Shown: positions 52,479 to 61,050, counted from the stretch's first letter. The stretch is DNA of 64,000 nucleotides from an uncultured Candidatus Saccharibacteria bacterium (GCA_964493895.1 CAZBPY010000001.1:91233-155232), one strand, 5' to 3'. A program made the numbers and translations. The notes: generated by a model not told the origin, from the letters alone.

Positions 52479-53645
52479 ATGAAGCGAATTGTTGCAGTAT
52501 TACTACTAGTTGTTTTGGCCGTCGGCCTGACAAGTACGCACCCGCCGGTCGCTCAAGCGCTAAGTGCTGAGCAAGTTCGGATATTAAGTGGTGGAATCTA
52601 CGCCTTTGATTACGAGACTGAAAGCGATAGTTGCGGCCATCTCTCGGGAGATGATATACAGGCCCTAATCTTCAACAATCTTATTGGCAAGATAGTCCAT
52701 GGAAAAGAACTAAAGGATTTTCAGGCCGCCGGAATCATGGGTAATATCTGGGCTGAGTCTGGGTATCAGCCTCAGCGACTGCAAGGCACACCTTCTGGTA
52801 CAGAAACACCGGCTGATAAGGCGGAACAATCGTCGTTGGGTTGGGGTCTAGTGCAATGGACACCGGCCGGAAAGATGATTACCCCCACAAAGGCTGCCGG
52901 TAAAGACCCGAATGATCCGGTTGTTCAAATTGACTTTCTCATCGGACTACTAAACGGTGAGGGGCTCGACGGAGAAGCTGGTGAATTGCTGGTCAATACA
53001 ACAAATGTTGCCGATGCCACATTAATATTTGAGACCAAATACGAGCGCCACGCCGGGCCGCCGCAGCCGGATCGGGTAGTTGAAGCTCAACGTGTTCTCG
53101 ATGAGGTGGCTGCCTCGGCCTCCGAGAGCGGAGGCTGCGGCGGCAGTGGGCTGTCGGAAACCACCCTTAAGTACGCCTGGGAAGACCCCCACGACCCGCC
53201 TTATATCCAAGCCAAAGAGGCCTACACCCAGGCCATAGCGGAAGCCGACGCAGCCGGGCAGTATGTTGGTGGCGGACCACATCCTGGAATTGACTGTGGC
53301 GGCTGGGTGACAAGGTTGATGATTGATAGCGGCTTTGAACCAAATTACAACTTCGGTGGAGTGGAGGCCAACGGAGCAGCTAACGTGGCTGATGGACAAA
53401 CTCCATGGCTACAGGCTAACTGGGATAAGATTACGATTACCGGGACTCAAGACCTACGGCCTGGCGATGTGGCAATTAATACCGGTCGCACGCACACCTT
53501 TGCTTTTGTGGGAGATATACCAGGTTTCAACTCCAGTATTGCTTCAGCTTCTTTTAGTAGAAATGGAAGAGGCTGGCGTGCTCCAATGGCCGGCAAAGAA
53601 AATCCATTAAAAAGTGATATAGAATGGTATAGGAAGCGACAATAA
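52479..53645 (+). CDS. Secreted bifunctional peptidoglycan hydrolase (phage-tail-lysozyme-like domain plus NlpC/P60- or CHAP-like cysteine peptidase domain)
   Basis: Signal peptide. AAGIMGNIWAESGYQPQRLQ...WGLVQWTPAGK...QIDFLIGLL (lysozyme-like). C-terminal GIDCGGWVTRLM ... PGDVAINTGRTHTFAFVG (Cys/His peptidase). Confidence 0.7.
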   Translation: MKRIVAVLLLVVLAVGLTSTHPPVAQALSAEQVRILSGGIYAFDYETESDSCGHLSGDDIQALIFNNLIGKIVHGKELKDFQAAGIMGNIWAESGYQPQRLQGTPSGTETPADKAEQSSLGWGLVQWTPAGKMITPTKAAGKDPNDPVVQIDFLIGLLNGEGLDGEAGELLVNTTNVADATLIFETKYERHAGPPQPDRVVEAQRVLDEVAASASESGGCGGSGLSETTLKYAWEDPHDPPYIQAKEAYTQAIAEADAAGQYVGGGPHPGIDCGGWVTRLMIDSGFEPNYNFGGVEANGAANVADGQTPWLQANWDKITITGTQDLRPGDVAINTGRTHTFAFVGDIPGFNSSIASASFSRNGRGWRAPMAGKENPLKSDIEWYRKRQ

Positions 53646-53649
53646 GATC

Positions 53650-54306
53650 ATGGACGATAATTATAATCAACTATACAAAAATAGATTTTGGGTCATTGGC
53701 GGAATAATACTGCTGATGGTTTTGGCTGTGGTAGTTTTTCTCTGGCTATCCAATCGCGACCGAAATGCCAATCTTGAAATCATATCTGTACCAGATGATG
53801 CTGTATTCGTTATTGATGGTCAGCGGCTTGAAGCTGGTAAGCATAGGCTCGACTCTGGAGAATACGAAATTAAGGCGGAGCGTCAAGGCTTTGAGTCGAT
53901 GACTCAAAGAGTTGAGCTTGGGACCGAACTAAAACAGGTTCTGTTTTCAATGACCCCTGTTTCGGAGGAGGCCAAACGGTGGGCTCAAGACCACAAACAA
54001 GACTACTTGGACCTTGAAGCAATCGGTGGCGAACTATCTCAACAGCAGGGGCAAGAATTCGCTGAACGCTATCCGATAGTCGCTAGGTTGCCTTACTCTA
54101 ATTCATTGATGTCAATCAATTATACGAAAGATGTTACCAATCCGGATAATATCTATATTCGTATTGATACAACCGGACCGGCTGCTAGGCAAGTAGCCCT
54201 GGCTCAAATCAGAGAGTGGGGCTATAACCCAACAGATTACGATATAGTCTTTGCCGGCGCCCCTAATCCTTTTGACCCATCAATTCAGGAGGCCCCGGGT
54301 GAATAG
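53650..54306 (+). CDS. PEGA-domain membrane-anchored protein
   Basis: TM helix FWVIGGIILLMVLAVVVFLWL, then LEIISVPDDAVFVIDGQRLEAGKHRLDSGEYEIKAERQGFESMTQRVEL (PEGA-like). Confidence 0.65.
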   Translation: MDDNYNQLYKNRFWVIGGIILLMVLAVVVFLWLSNRDRNANLEIISVPDDAVFVIDGQRLEAGKHRLDSGEYEIKAERQGFESMTQRVELGTELKQVLFSMTPVSEEAKRWAQDHKQDYLDLEAIGGELSQQQGQEFAERYPIVARLPYSNSLMSINYTKDVTNPDNIYIRIDTTGPAARQVALAQIREWGYNPTDYDIVFAGAPNPFDPSIQEAPGE

Positions 54307-54982
54307 GTTTATAGCTGCAATCGTTAATCACCCAATTCGCACTGCTGTAGTGGTGATTCTAATAATCGGTGGTTTTGCGGCTTGGCGGTTCTGGCCTCGT
54401 TACTACAACCTAAGCATTGAGGTTGAGACATCAGTGCCGGGCTATGAGGTGCAGGTGTTTAGTGGCGCTTCGAATGATTCAGGTGAGCCGATTGTTAAAA
54501 CGACTGAAAGCCAGACTTTCTCCTTAAGATCTGGGGAGTACGTGGTCGTTGGCGGCACAGCGCCGGATTTTTCTCCCACAAGCCAGACAATTGCTTTAAA
54601 CGAAGATATATCGATCAGTACCAGACCGGTCTACTCGGATTTGAAGCTATCTAACATGCTAGACAGCGAGCTGCCAGCTATCCAGCAAGCCATACGTTCG
54701 TCCGTCTCAGGGTTTAGCGATGAATACAAACTTGGCCGAGGGCGTCTGTACGATCTTGGTCAATGGTACGGCACAATCATTTACCCGAATCTTTCGGCCG
54801 AGCAGTTGAGGGTTCAATACGTCGATGTTTTTCGCCTGGTGATGAAAAAGGAAGGGGGTAAGTGGACTCTAGCCACTAACCCACCTAGACTTGTTCTTGG
54901 TCAGCCCAATTATCCCAACATTCCATTTGAAGTCTTAAATAATACCAACAACCAACTGTTGCCGGGTGCTAACTCAGACTGA
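54299..54982 (+). CDS. Membrane-anchored hypothetical protein (last gene of the T4SS-like operon)
   Basis: Start set to GTG 54299, 6 nt after AGGAGG (54287..54292). TM helix TAVVVILIIGGFAAW. It has a beta-rich domain resembling that of the preceding gene. Confidence 0.55.
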   Translation: MNRFIAAIVNHPIRTAVVVILIIGGFAAWRFWPRYYNLSIEVETSVPGYEVQVFSGASNDSGEPIVKTTESQTFSLRSGEYVVVGGTAPDFSPTSQTIALNEDISISTRPVYSDLKLSNMLDSELPAIQQAIRSSVSGFSDEYKLGRGRLYDLGQWYGTIIYPNLSAEQLRVQYVDVFRLVMKKEGGKWTLATNPPRLVLGQPNYPNIPFEVLNNTNNQLLPGANSD

Positions 54983-56042
54983 TTAGCCTTGTGCTGCGAG
55001 TAAAGCGCTTGCTGACTACATCAGCGTCAGTGGTTGTAATGAAGCTTTGGTAGTTCCGTATGAAGGCCGTAAGAGCTTTGCGGCGTTTGCCGTCTAGTTC
55101 GCTAAAGACATCGTCCAGCAATAATAGAGGTTTTTGGTCGCGGTGTTCTTCTAGTAGTTGGGTTTCTTGGACCTTCAGGGCCAGCAGGGTGGTCCGAGTC
55201 TCACCCCTAGAGGCATGGTGATAAATCGGGATTTTATTTATCTCAATAGCGATATCGTCTCGGTGCGGGCCGATGCCGGTAAAGCCGCGAGCTAGGTCTT
55301 TTTCTAGTGATTTTTCAAGTTTTTTTAACATTTGGCTGGCATACTGAGAGGGGGCCAACGTTGACAAATATGACAGGGTAACTTGATGCTTTTTGTCGGC
55401 TAGCTGGCTGTAGCTGTGGCTTATTCCCCGGTTAAGTCTATTCAACAAAGCGTGGCGTTTGGCAGCAATTTGCCCGCCCAAGTCGCTTAGACGGATGTTC
55501 CAGGCAAATATTGATTCCTTAGCAGCCGAGGTTCCGGTTTTTAACAACCGGTTGCGTTGAGCCAAGACCCGGTTATAATCACGTTGTTGGCGACTGAACT
55601 CCGGGTGGGTTTGGCTTAGAATCGAATCGATAAATTGCCGCCGGCGTTCCGGAGAAGTGGTTAAGGACTGAAGGTTGTCTGGCTCAAATAAAACCACCGG
55701 GATAGTGTCCTCGAGGCCGAGCCGTTTTTTAGGATAATCGTCAATAATAAATTCTTTGCGGACAACTTCATTTCCAGACGCAGCGGTGTCTAGTTGCAAT
55801 TTTATGATCCGGGTTTGGTTAGTGGCCGTAGCGCCGTCTAGGCGGGCCCAGGTGGCTTTGTAGCGAATATTTTCACGGTCTAGGGCTCGAAATGGTGAGC
55901 CGATGCAGATATAGACCAAGCCTTCTAAAATATTGGTTTTACCGCTGGCGTTGGGACCAATAATAATATTAACACCGTCATTGAATTCAAAAGAGGCATC
56001 CTTATATGAGCGAAAATTCTGCAGCCGCAGACTGGAAATCAT
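54969..56042 (-). CDS. recF: DNA replication/repair protein RecF
   Basis: LRLQNFRSYKDASFEF..GVNIIIGPNASGKTNILEGL (Walker A). Signature LLLLDDVFSELD. Confidence 0.92.
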   Translation of the reverse strand: MISSLRLQNFRSYKDASFEFNDGVNIIIGPNASGKTNILEGLVYICIGSPFRALDRENIRYKATWARLDGATATNQTRIIKLQLDTAASGNEVVRKEFIIDDYPKKRLGLEDTIPVVLFEPDNLQSLTTSPERRRQFIDSILSQTHPEFSRQQRDYNRVLAQRNRLLKTGTSAAKESIFAWNIRLSDLGGQIAAKRHALLNRLNRGISHSYSQLADKKHQVTLSYLSTLAPSQYASQMLKKLEKSLEKDLARGFTGIGPHRDDIAIEINKIPIYHHASRGETRTTLLALKVQETQLLEEHRDQKPLLLLDDVFSELDGKRRKALTAFIRNYQSFITTTDADVVSKRFTRSTRLISLS

Positions 56043-56063
56043 ATCTATCTTAGTTTAGCAGCC

Positions 56064-57161
56064 CTAACTCTTTAGCGGCATGACTATGTGAACATAATCC
56101 GGCTGCTGGGGGCTTCTTAGGGCGACTGGTTGAAGCTTTTCATTAAAACCGATTGTTACTGTCTCACCGTCCAGAGCATTGATAGCATCCAGCAAAAAGC
56201 GGGCGTTAAGTGTAATCTCGCCGTCAGCGGTGACTTTGGCACTACTGCTGGCGGTGTTCTCACCAATTTGTGAGGCTACTGATTGGATGTCGAGGGTTTG
56301 CTTTTCCTGGTTGGTGCGGACGATGATGCTGCCGGCGCTGGCTCGGGCAAATAGGCTGGAAACTTTAGTGATGGAAATTAGTTCGGTTTTTGGCAAGGTA
56401 GCCTCGACAGCAAATTCAGTTGGAATCAGCTTTTGATAAGCCGGATATTCACCTTCTATCAGCCTGGCGATTAGCTCTGTATCAGCCGTTTCAAAGCGAA
56501 CCTGTTGAGAGTCTTGGGTGATGTTAACCTGGCTTGATTCGTTGGCATCACTAATTATCCGCAAAATGTCATGAGCGGCTGTAGCCGGCAGGATGAAAGG
56601 CTCCATCTTTTTACCGTTGGCTAGCTTTTTCTCAGCCAGTCGGTAACTGTCGGTAGCGGCTATGTAGAGGTTGTTATCAACAGTTTGGAAAAAGACTCCG
56701 GTTAGAACTGGCCGGGCCTCATCGGTCGACGCAGCCACTACGACTTGTTGAATGGCCGACTTCAGTTGGCCAGCGCTGATTTTCCAGTTTTGGCCGTTTT
56801 TAATAACTGGCATGACCGGAAACTCTTCGGCACTAATTCCATTAATGGTTGAATTGTGGTTTTCGGTGGTTACGTGAAGTTTGTTATCCTCTTGTTTTAA
56901 GCGAATAGTGGTATCGGGCAGGTTGGCCACAAAATCTTGCAGCAAGCGGGCGGGTATAGTCAGAGTTCCGGGTTTGCTAACTTTAGCGCCAACTAGGGTG
57001 TTAATGGCGATGTCTAAATTTGTAGCGGACAGACGAAGTTGATTGTTGTCAACATTTAGTAAGATGTTACTCAGTACCGGCAGGGTACTTTTGTTAGTGG
57101 CAACCCTGGCGACAATGGCTAGGGCTTTGTGAAGATTAGCTTGGGTGACTTTAATATCCAT
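56064..57161 (-). CDS. dnaN: DNA polymerase III beta sliding clamp
   Basis: 365 aa with the typical three-domain clamp pattern (LPVLSNILL, ATDSYRLA, PDYVHIVMPLK). Confidence 0.93.
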   Translation of the reverse strand: MDIKVTQANLHKALAIVARVATNKSTLPVLSNILLNVDNNQLRLSATNLDIAINTLVGAKVSKPGTLTIPARLLQDFVANLPDTTIRLKQEDNKLHVTTENHNSTINGISAEEFPVMPVIKNGQNWKISAGQLKSAIQQVVVAASTDEARPVLTGVFFQTVDNNLYIAATDSYRLAEKKLANGKKMEPFILPATAAHDILRIISDANESSQVNITQDSQQVRFETADTELIARLIEGEYPAYQKLIPTEFAVEATLPKTELISITKVSSLFARASAGSIIVRTNQEKQTLDIQSVASQIGENTASSSAKVTADGEITLNARFLLDAINALDGETVTIGFNEKLQPVALRSPQQPDYVHIVMPLKS

Positions 57162-57394
57162 AATTATTAAAACCTTTCTTTAAATTCCTTATTTCATTAA
57201 TTAAGCCTGTGGGTTGTGTGTAAAAAGTTGATTTAACAGTGGCCAGTTCGACCAGATCGGTTGTGTAAAAAGCCCGGAAAAAACTGTCTAAAAGCTTGGC
57301 ATTTTCAAAACCTGAAACTTGGCAAAGCCACAAACCTTCCACAAAAAACTGACGGCTTTTACGCACCATTTCCACAACCAAAACACAAATATTT
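57162..57394. other. dnaA-dnaN spacer with DnaA-box-like 9-mers (second part of a candidate bipartite oriC)
   Basis: TGTGTAAAA at 57217..57225 and 57262..57270, both inside a repeated GGTTGTGT(GT)AAAAAG motif. ATTTCCACA at 57368..57376. cCTTCCACA at 57335..57343. AT-rich. Confidence 0.5.
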
Positions 57395-58753
57395 TTAAGC
57401 ATACAACCGCCCTTTTATATCGTTAAGCGCTGATTTCACAAGGTTGTCAACCGCGGCCTCGCGCTCGATTTTATCAACCGAGTGAATAGCCGTAGTGTGA
57501 TCTTTGCGACCCAGCTCCTTAGCAATTTTAGGAAAACTCAGATGCAACTCACTGCGCATCAAATACATAGCCACTTGGCGCGGCAGAACAATGTCCTTAT
57601 CACGTTTAGGACCGAGTATTTCATCAACAGATACCGAGAAGTACCTGGCGGTTCGCTCGACAATTTGTTTTGGTGAAATATGCTTAGGGCGGGACCGATG
57701 CGAACCAAGAACCGATTTAGCCAGCGGAACATCCGGATCGACACTCTTTACTTCACAGACGGCAATTAGCTGGTTCAAGGCCCCCTCTAGTTCACGAATA
57801 TTATTTCGAAGATTGTTAGCCAAAAACTCGACCACGTCAGTTGGCAGCTCCATACCTTGGGCGGCGGCCTTGGTCTGGACAATCGCACAACGGGTTTCGT
57901 AATCAGGAATTTGCATGTCAACGCTCATGCCCTGCATAAAGCGCGATTTCAACCGGTCCTCCAGACCATCAATTTCATTGGGCGGCCGGTCGCTGCTGAT
58001 GATTATTTGTTTATTAGCCTGTTGAAGTGCATTGAAAGTGTGAAAGAATTCCTCTAGAGTTTTCTCTTTGCCGGCAAAAAACTGAACATCGTCGATTATC
58101 AAAACATCGCTAGACCGATAAAAGTTAGCAAATTCGGTGTTCTTTTTATAGCGCACCGCATCGATGAATTCTTGGGTGAACTGTTCACTGGTCACATAGG
58201 TAACTTTAGACTTTGGGTTTTTTTCCAAAACAGCGTTGCCAACAGCCTGCATCAGATGAGTTTTGCCGATACCGACTCCGCCATAAAGTGATAGCGGGTT
58301 ATATTTTGTTCCCGGACTGGCCGCTGCACCCTGGGCTGCAGCATAGGCCAGTTCGTTACTAGATCCGACCACAAAATTTTCAAAAGTAAAGTTTTCCCTT
58401 AACCCCTGCCGATAAGAATGAGCCAGACTGTTAGTTTTCGGACCAGCAGCAGCTTTAGCTTCTGGCAGCATCACCACGTCATCGGAGATTTTCTGATTGG
58501 TTTTAGGTGTCGGCACACCTTTGTACTGAATTTGTTTGGGCTTTACCCCTTGATTCGCTAGAGCCTCCAGAATTAAAGGTTTGAACTTCAATTCAAGTTG
58601 CTGAGAGATAAACACATTCGGTACACCAATTACCAAAGTTTCTTTGTCATAGCGCAGCAACTGAGTGTTCTTAAACCAAGTAGAAAAATTTCCGGCTGAA
58701 ACCGAGAGCTCTATTTCGCCGAGGACGGCTTGCCAGAGGCGGTCGTCATGCAT
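57395..58753 (-). CDS. dnaA: Chromosomal replication initiator DnaA
   Basis: AAA+ Walker A GGVGIGKTHLMQA. Box VII/sensor motifs. C-terminal DNA-binding helix DHTTAIHSVDKI. Confidence 0.96.
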   Translation of the reverse strand: MHDDRLWQAVLGEIELSVSAGNFSTWFKNTQLLRYDKETLVIGVPNVFISQQLELKFKPLILEALANQGVKPKQIQYKGVPTPKTNQKISDDVVMLPEAKAAAGPKTNSLAHSYRQGLRENFTFENFVVGSSNELAYAAAQGAAASPGTKYNPLSLYGGVGIGKTHLMQAVGNAVLEKNPKSKVTYVTSEQFTQEFIDAVRYKKNTEFANFYRSSDVLIIDDVQFFAGKEKTLEEFFHTFNALQQANKQIIISSDRPPNEIDGLEDRLKSRFMQGMSVDMQIPDYETRCAIVQTKAAAQGMELPTDVVEFLANNLRNNIRELEGALNQLIAVCEVKSVDPDVPLAKSVLGSHRSRPKHISPKQIVERTARYFSVSVDEILGPKRDKDIVLPRQVAMYLMRSELHLSFPKIAKELGRKDHTTAIHSVDKIEREAAVDNLVKSALNDIKGRLYA

Positions 58754-59012
58754 TTTTGATTAATCCCTCACTTACTTTTCGCCTTTTAATAAGGCAGCTG
58801 TGTATAAAACTATATCAAGACGTCCGAGGCTTTTCCACAGCTTCATACAAAAATACAGCACCAATCATTAAAAAATCTTAAAACAGGGAACAAATTATAC
58901 ACAGTCGACACTAACACCTTAGGAATTGTGGAAAAAGCTAGCATTTCAGTGGAAAACTTGCTAGAATTCGTGGGTAAACATTGTCAATTTCACTGTGATA
59001 TAGTTAATTCAT
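58754..59012. other. Candidate oriC: DnaA-box cluster between dnaA and rpmH
   Basis: One-mismatch DnaA boxes: TGTGTATAA 58799..58807, TTTTCCACA 58831..58839, TTATACACA 58895..58903, TGTGGAAAA 58927..58935. A weaker AGTGGAAAA at 58948..58956. An AT-rich stretch at 58841..58900. Confidence 0.65.
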
Positions 59013-59150
59013 ATGCCAAAAAGAACATTCCAGCCCAAAAAGCGTTACCGCTCTCGAGTTCATGGTTTCATGAAGCGCATGTCTACTCGCGGCGGACGCA
59101 GCGTGATTGCCAGGCGCCGCCAAAAAGGTCGAGCCCGCTTAACTCACTAA
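59013..59150 (+). CDS. rpmH: 50S ribosomal protein L34
   Basis: Not in the ORF track (45 aa). [45 protein letters not shown] matches L34. Tracked ORF 58928..59164 is a wrong-frame shadow. Confidence 0.93.
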   Translation: MPKRTFQPKKRYRSRVHGFMKRMSTRGGRSVIARRRQKGRARLTH

Positions 59151-59165
59151 AGGAACAGTCATAAA

Positions 59166-59507
59166 ATGCTTGACCGCCAGAACCGCTTCCACGGTTACAA
59201 CAGTGTTTTACCGGTTTATAAAAGCGCAAAAACTGTTCGCGGCGATGGCTGCAGCCTGCACTACCGATTGAACCCGCGGCGCAAGACCTATCGCCTAGCT
59301 GTAGTGGTTAGTCGCAAGACAGCCAAGTCAGCCGTGGTACGAAACCGGATCCGCCGGCGGATTTATGAAATTATGCGCAATCGGCAAATCAGCCAACCAT
59401 ACGATTTAATTATCACGGTTTATGACGATAAAATGGCCACCATAAAGTCGGCATCCTTGGAAAAAATAATCGACGGCTTATTACGTAAAAGTCACATCAC
59501 CCCTTAG
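59166..59507 (+). CDS. rnpA: Ribonuclease P protein component
   Basis: Conserved position after rpmH. Basic RNR-like motif AVVRNRIRRRIYE. Confidence 0.88.
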   Translation: MLDRQNRFHGYNSVLPVYKSAKTVRGDGCSLHYRLNPRRKTYRLAVVVSRKTAKSAVVRNRIRRRIYEIMRNRQISQPYDLIITVYDDKMATIKSASLEKIIDGLLRKSHITP

Positions 59508-59602
59508 AAAACGCCCCAAAAACTGCTAGTATAAAAGCAGGCCTGAATCCGGTCTTATTAAGCGGCATATGAAAAGCGCGCACCCGGCCTGAAGGAGGAA
59601 AC

Positions 59603-60562
59603 ATGTTCGACACACTCATAGTCCAACCGATCTTCAATCTGTTGGTGTTTATCTATGCTCTATTGCCTGGACATAATTTCGGATTAGCGATTATCTTGTT
59701 TACTGTTGTGATTCGCCTATTGATGTGGCCGCTGGTCAAAAAGCAGATTCACCATGCCAAGGCTATGCGAGAGTTGCAACCAGAACTTAAGCGCATCAAG
59801 AAAGAAGCTAAAGGTGATCGGCAAAAAGAGTCGATGATGACCATGGCGCTTTATAAAGAGAAGGAGATTAACCCTTTTGCATCGATTGGCTTGCTGATTG
59901 TCCAGATTCCGATCTTGATCGCTCTTTATAGCGGTCTGAGGCGCATTATTGATAATCCCCAGACTGTAATTGATTTTGCTTATCCGTTTGTCCAGCAAAT
60001 CGGAAACTTACCCGAGTTGGCCGCCAATATTAGTAATTTTGACGCCACCTTGTTCGGATTTATAGATTTAACCCGGGCTGCCCTAGTTTCAGGCAGTGGA
60101 ATTTATTGGCCAGCCATGGTGCTGGTCATCGGCAGTGCTGTGACTCAGTATTATCAAAGCAAGCAGCTGATGCCGACTGATAAACAAGCTCGTAAGCTGC
60201 GCGATATCCTTAAAGAAGCTGGCGAGGGCAAGCAAGCCGATCAAACCGAAGTCAACCAAGCTGTCGGCCGTTCCACCAGGTTCTTTATACCAGCTTTGAT
60301 TTTCATTTTCACAGTCAGCCTGCCGGCGGCTCTATCACTATACTGGATGACTAGCGGTATAGTGGCCATCATTCAACAGGCTAGAGTGCTGGGCCGCGAG
60401 GAAAAGGCACTGGAAAAGAGCACCACCACTATTTCGACCTCATCTAAACCGACTGCCAAGCAGCGGGCTCAGAAAGCTTCTGAAGCTCAGGTAGTGACTA
60501 AGCCAAAGAAGTCGAAAAAGAAGTCTGCTAAGAAAAACAAGAATAAGAAAGGCCGGAGGTAG
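59603..60562 (+). CDS. yidC: Membrane protein insertase YidC/Oxa1 (short Gram-positive type) with Lys-rich tail
   Basis: LLMWPLVKKQIHHAKAMRELQPELKRIKKE and LYWMTSGIVAIIQQ motifs. Five TM helices. Confidence 0.9.
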   Translation: MFDTLIVQPIFNLLVFIYALLPGHNFGLAIILFTVVIRLLMWPLVKKQIHHAKAMRELQPELKRIKKEAKGDRQKESMMTMALYKEKEINPFASIGLLIVQIPILIALYSGLRRIIDNPQTVIDFAYPFVQQIGNLPELAANISNFDATLFGFIDLTRAALVSGSGIYWPAMVLVIGSAVTQYYQSKQLMPTDKQARKLRDILKEAGEGKQADQTEVNQAVGRSTRFFIPALIFIFTVSLPAALSLYWMTSGIVAIIQQARVLGREEKALEKSTTTISTSSKPTAKQRAQKASEAQVVTKPKKSKKKSAKKNKNKKGRR

Positions 60563-60564
60563 GT

Positions 60565-61050
60565 ATGAGCGACGCAAAAACCAACGATTCCATGGAAGAG
60601 GCCTTGTTGTTTGCCAAGAAATTCCTAGAGGACATCTTGTCTTTTTTTGGTCTAAATACCGATGTTTATGCCACTAAAAGTGACGAGGAAGAGGTTTTAG
60701 AACTGCATGTACCGTCAACTCATCTCAATGGGTTTTTAATCGGGCAGCGCGGCGACACCATCCGAGCCATTCAGTTTATGACCTCCAACGCTCTGCGCAA
60801 TCAGGGTTTTACTCATAACCGGGTTCACGTTGACGTAGCTGACTATAAAAAGCAGCAGGCCGAACGGCTGGCCGCCAAAGCCGAGGAGTGGATCGACCAA
60901 GTCAAAAAGTCTGGCGAACCGATGGATCTGCGGCCCATGAACGCTGCCGACCGACGGACTGTTCACAAAGCTGCCTCCGAGGCCGGGCTAGTGACCGAAT
61001 CAGTCGGCGAAGGCCGCGACCGCCACATCGTGCTGCGGCCAGCCGCTTAA
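60565..61050 (+). CDS. jag: Jag/KhpB-like RNA-binding protein (KH plus R3H domains)
   Basis: R3H motif MNAADRRTVHKAASEAGLVTESVGEGRDRHIVLRP. Conserved position after yidC. Confidence 0.85.
   Translation: MSDAKTNDSMEEALLFAKKFLEDILSFFGLNTDVYATKSDEEEVLELHVPSTHLNGFLIGQRGDTIRAIQFMTSNALRNQGFTHNRVHVDVADYKKQQAERLAAKAEEWIDQVKKSGEPMDLRPMNAADRRTVHKAASEAGLVTESVGEGRDRHIVLRPAA

Noticed and set aside
57151-57402. 83-aa minus-strand ORF filling the dnaA-dnaN spacer
   Set aside because: It has no Shine-Dalgarno and overlaps both neighbouring genes. Its sequence is AT-rich and contains repeated DnaA-box-like motifs. The region is better explained as origin or regulatory DNA.
58928-59164. 78-aa ORF upstream of rnpA
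   Set aside because: It is in the wrong frame. The real gene is the 45-codon rpmH at 59013..59150, whose product matches ribosomal protein L34.
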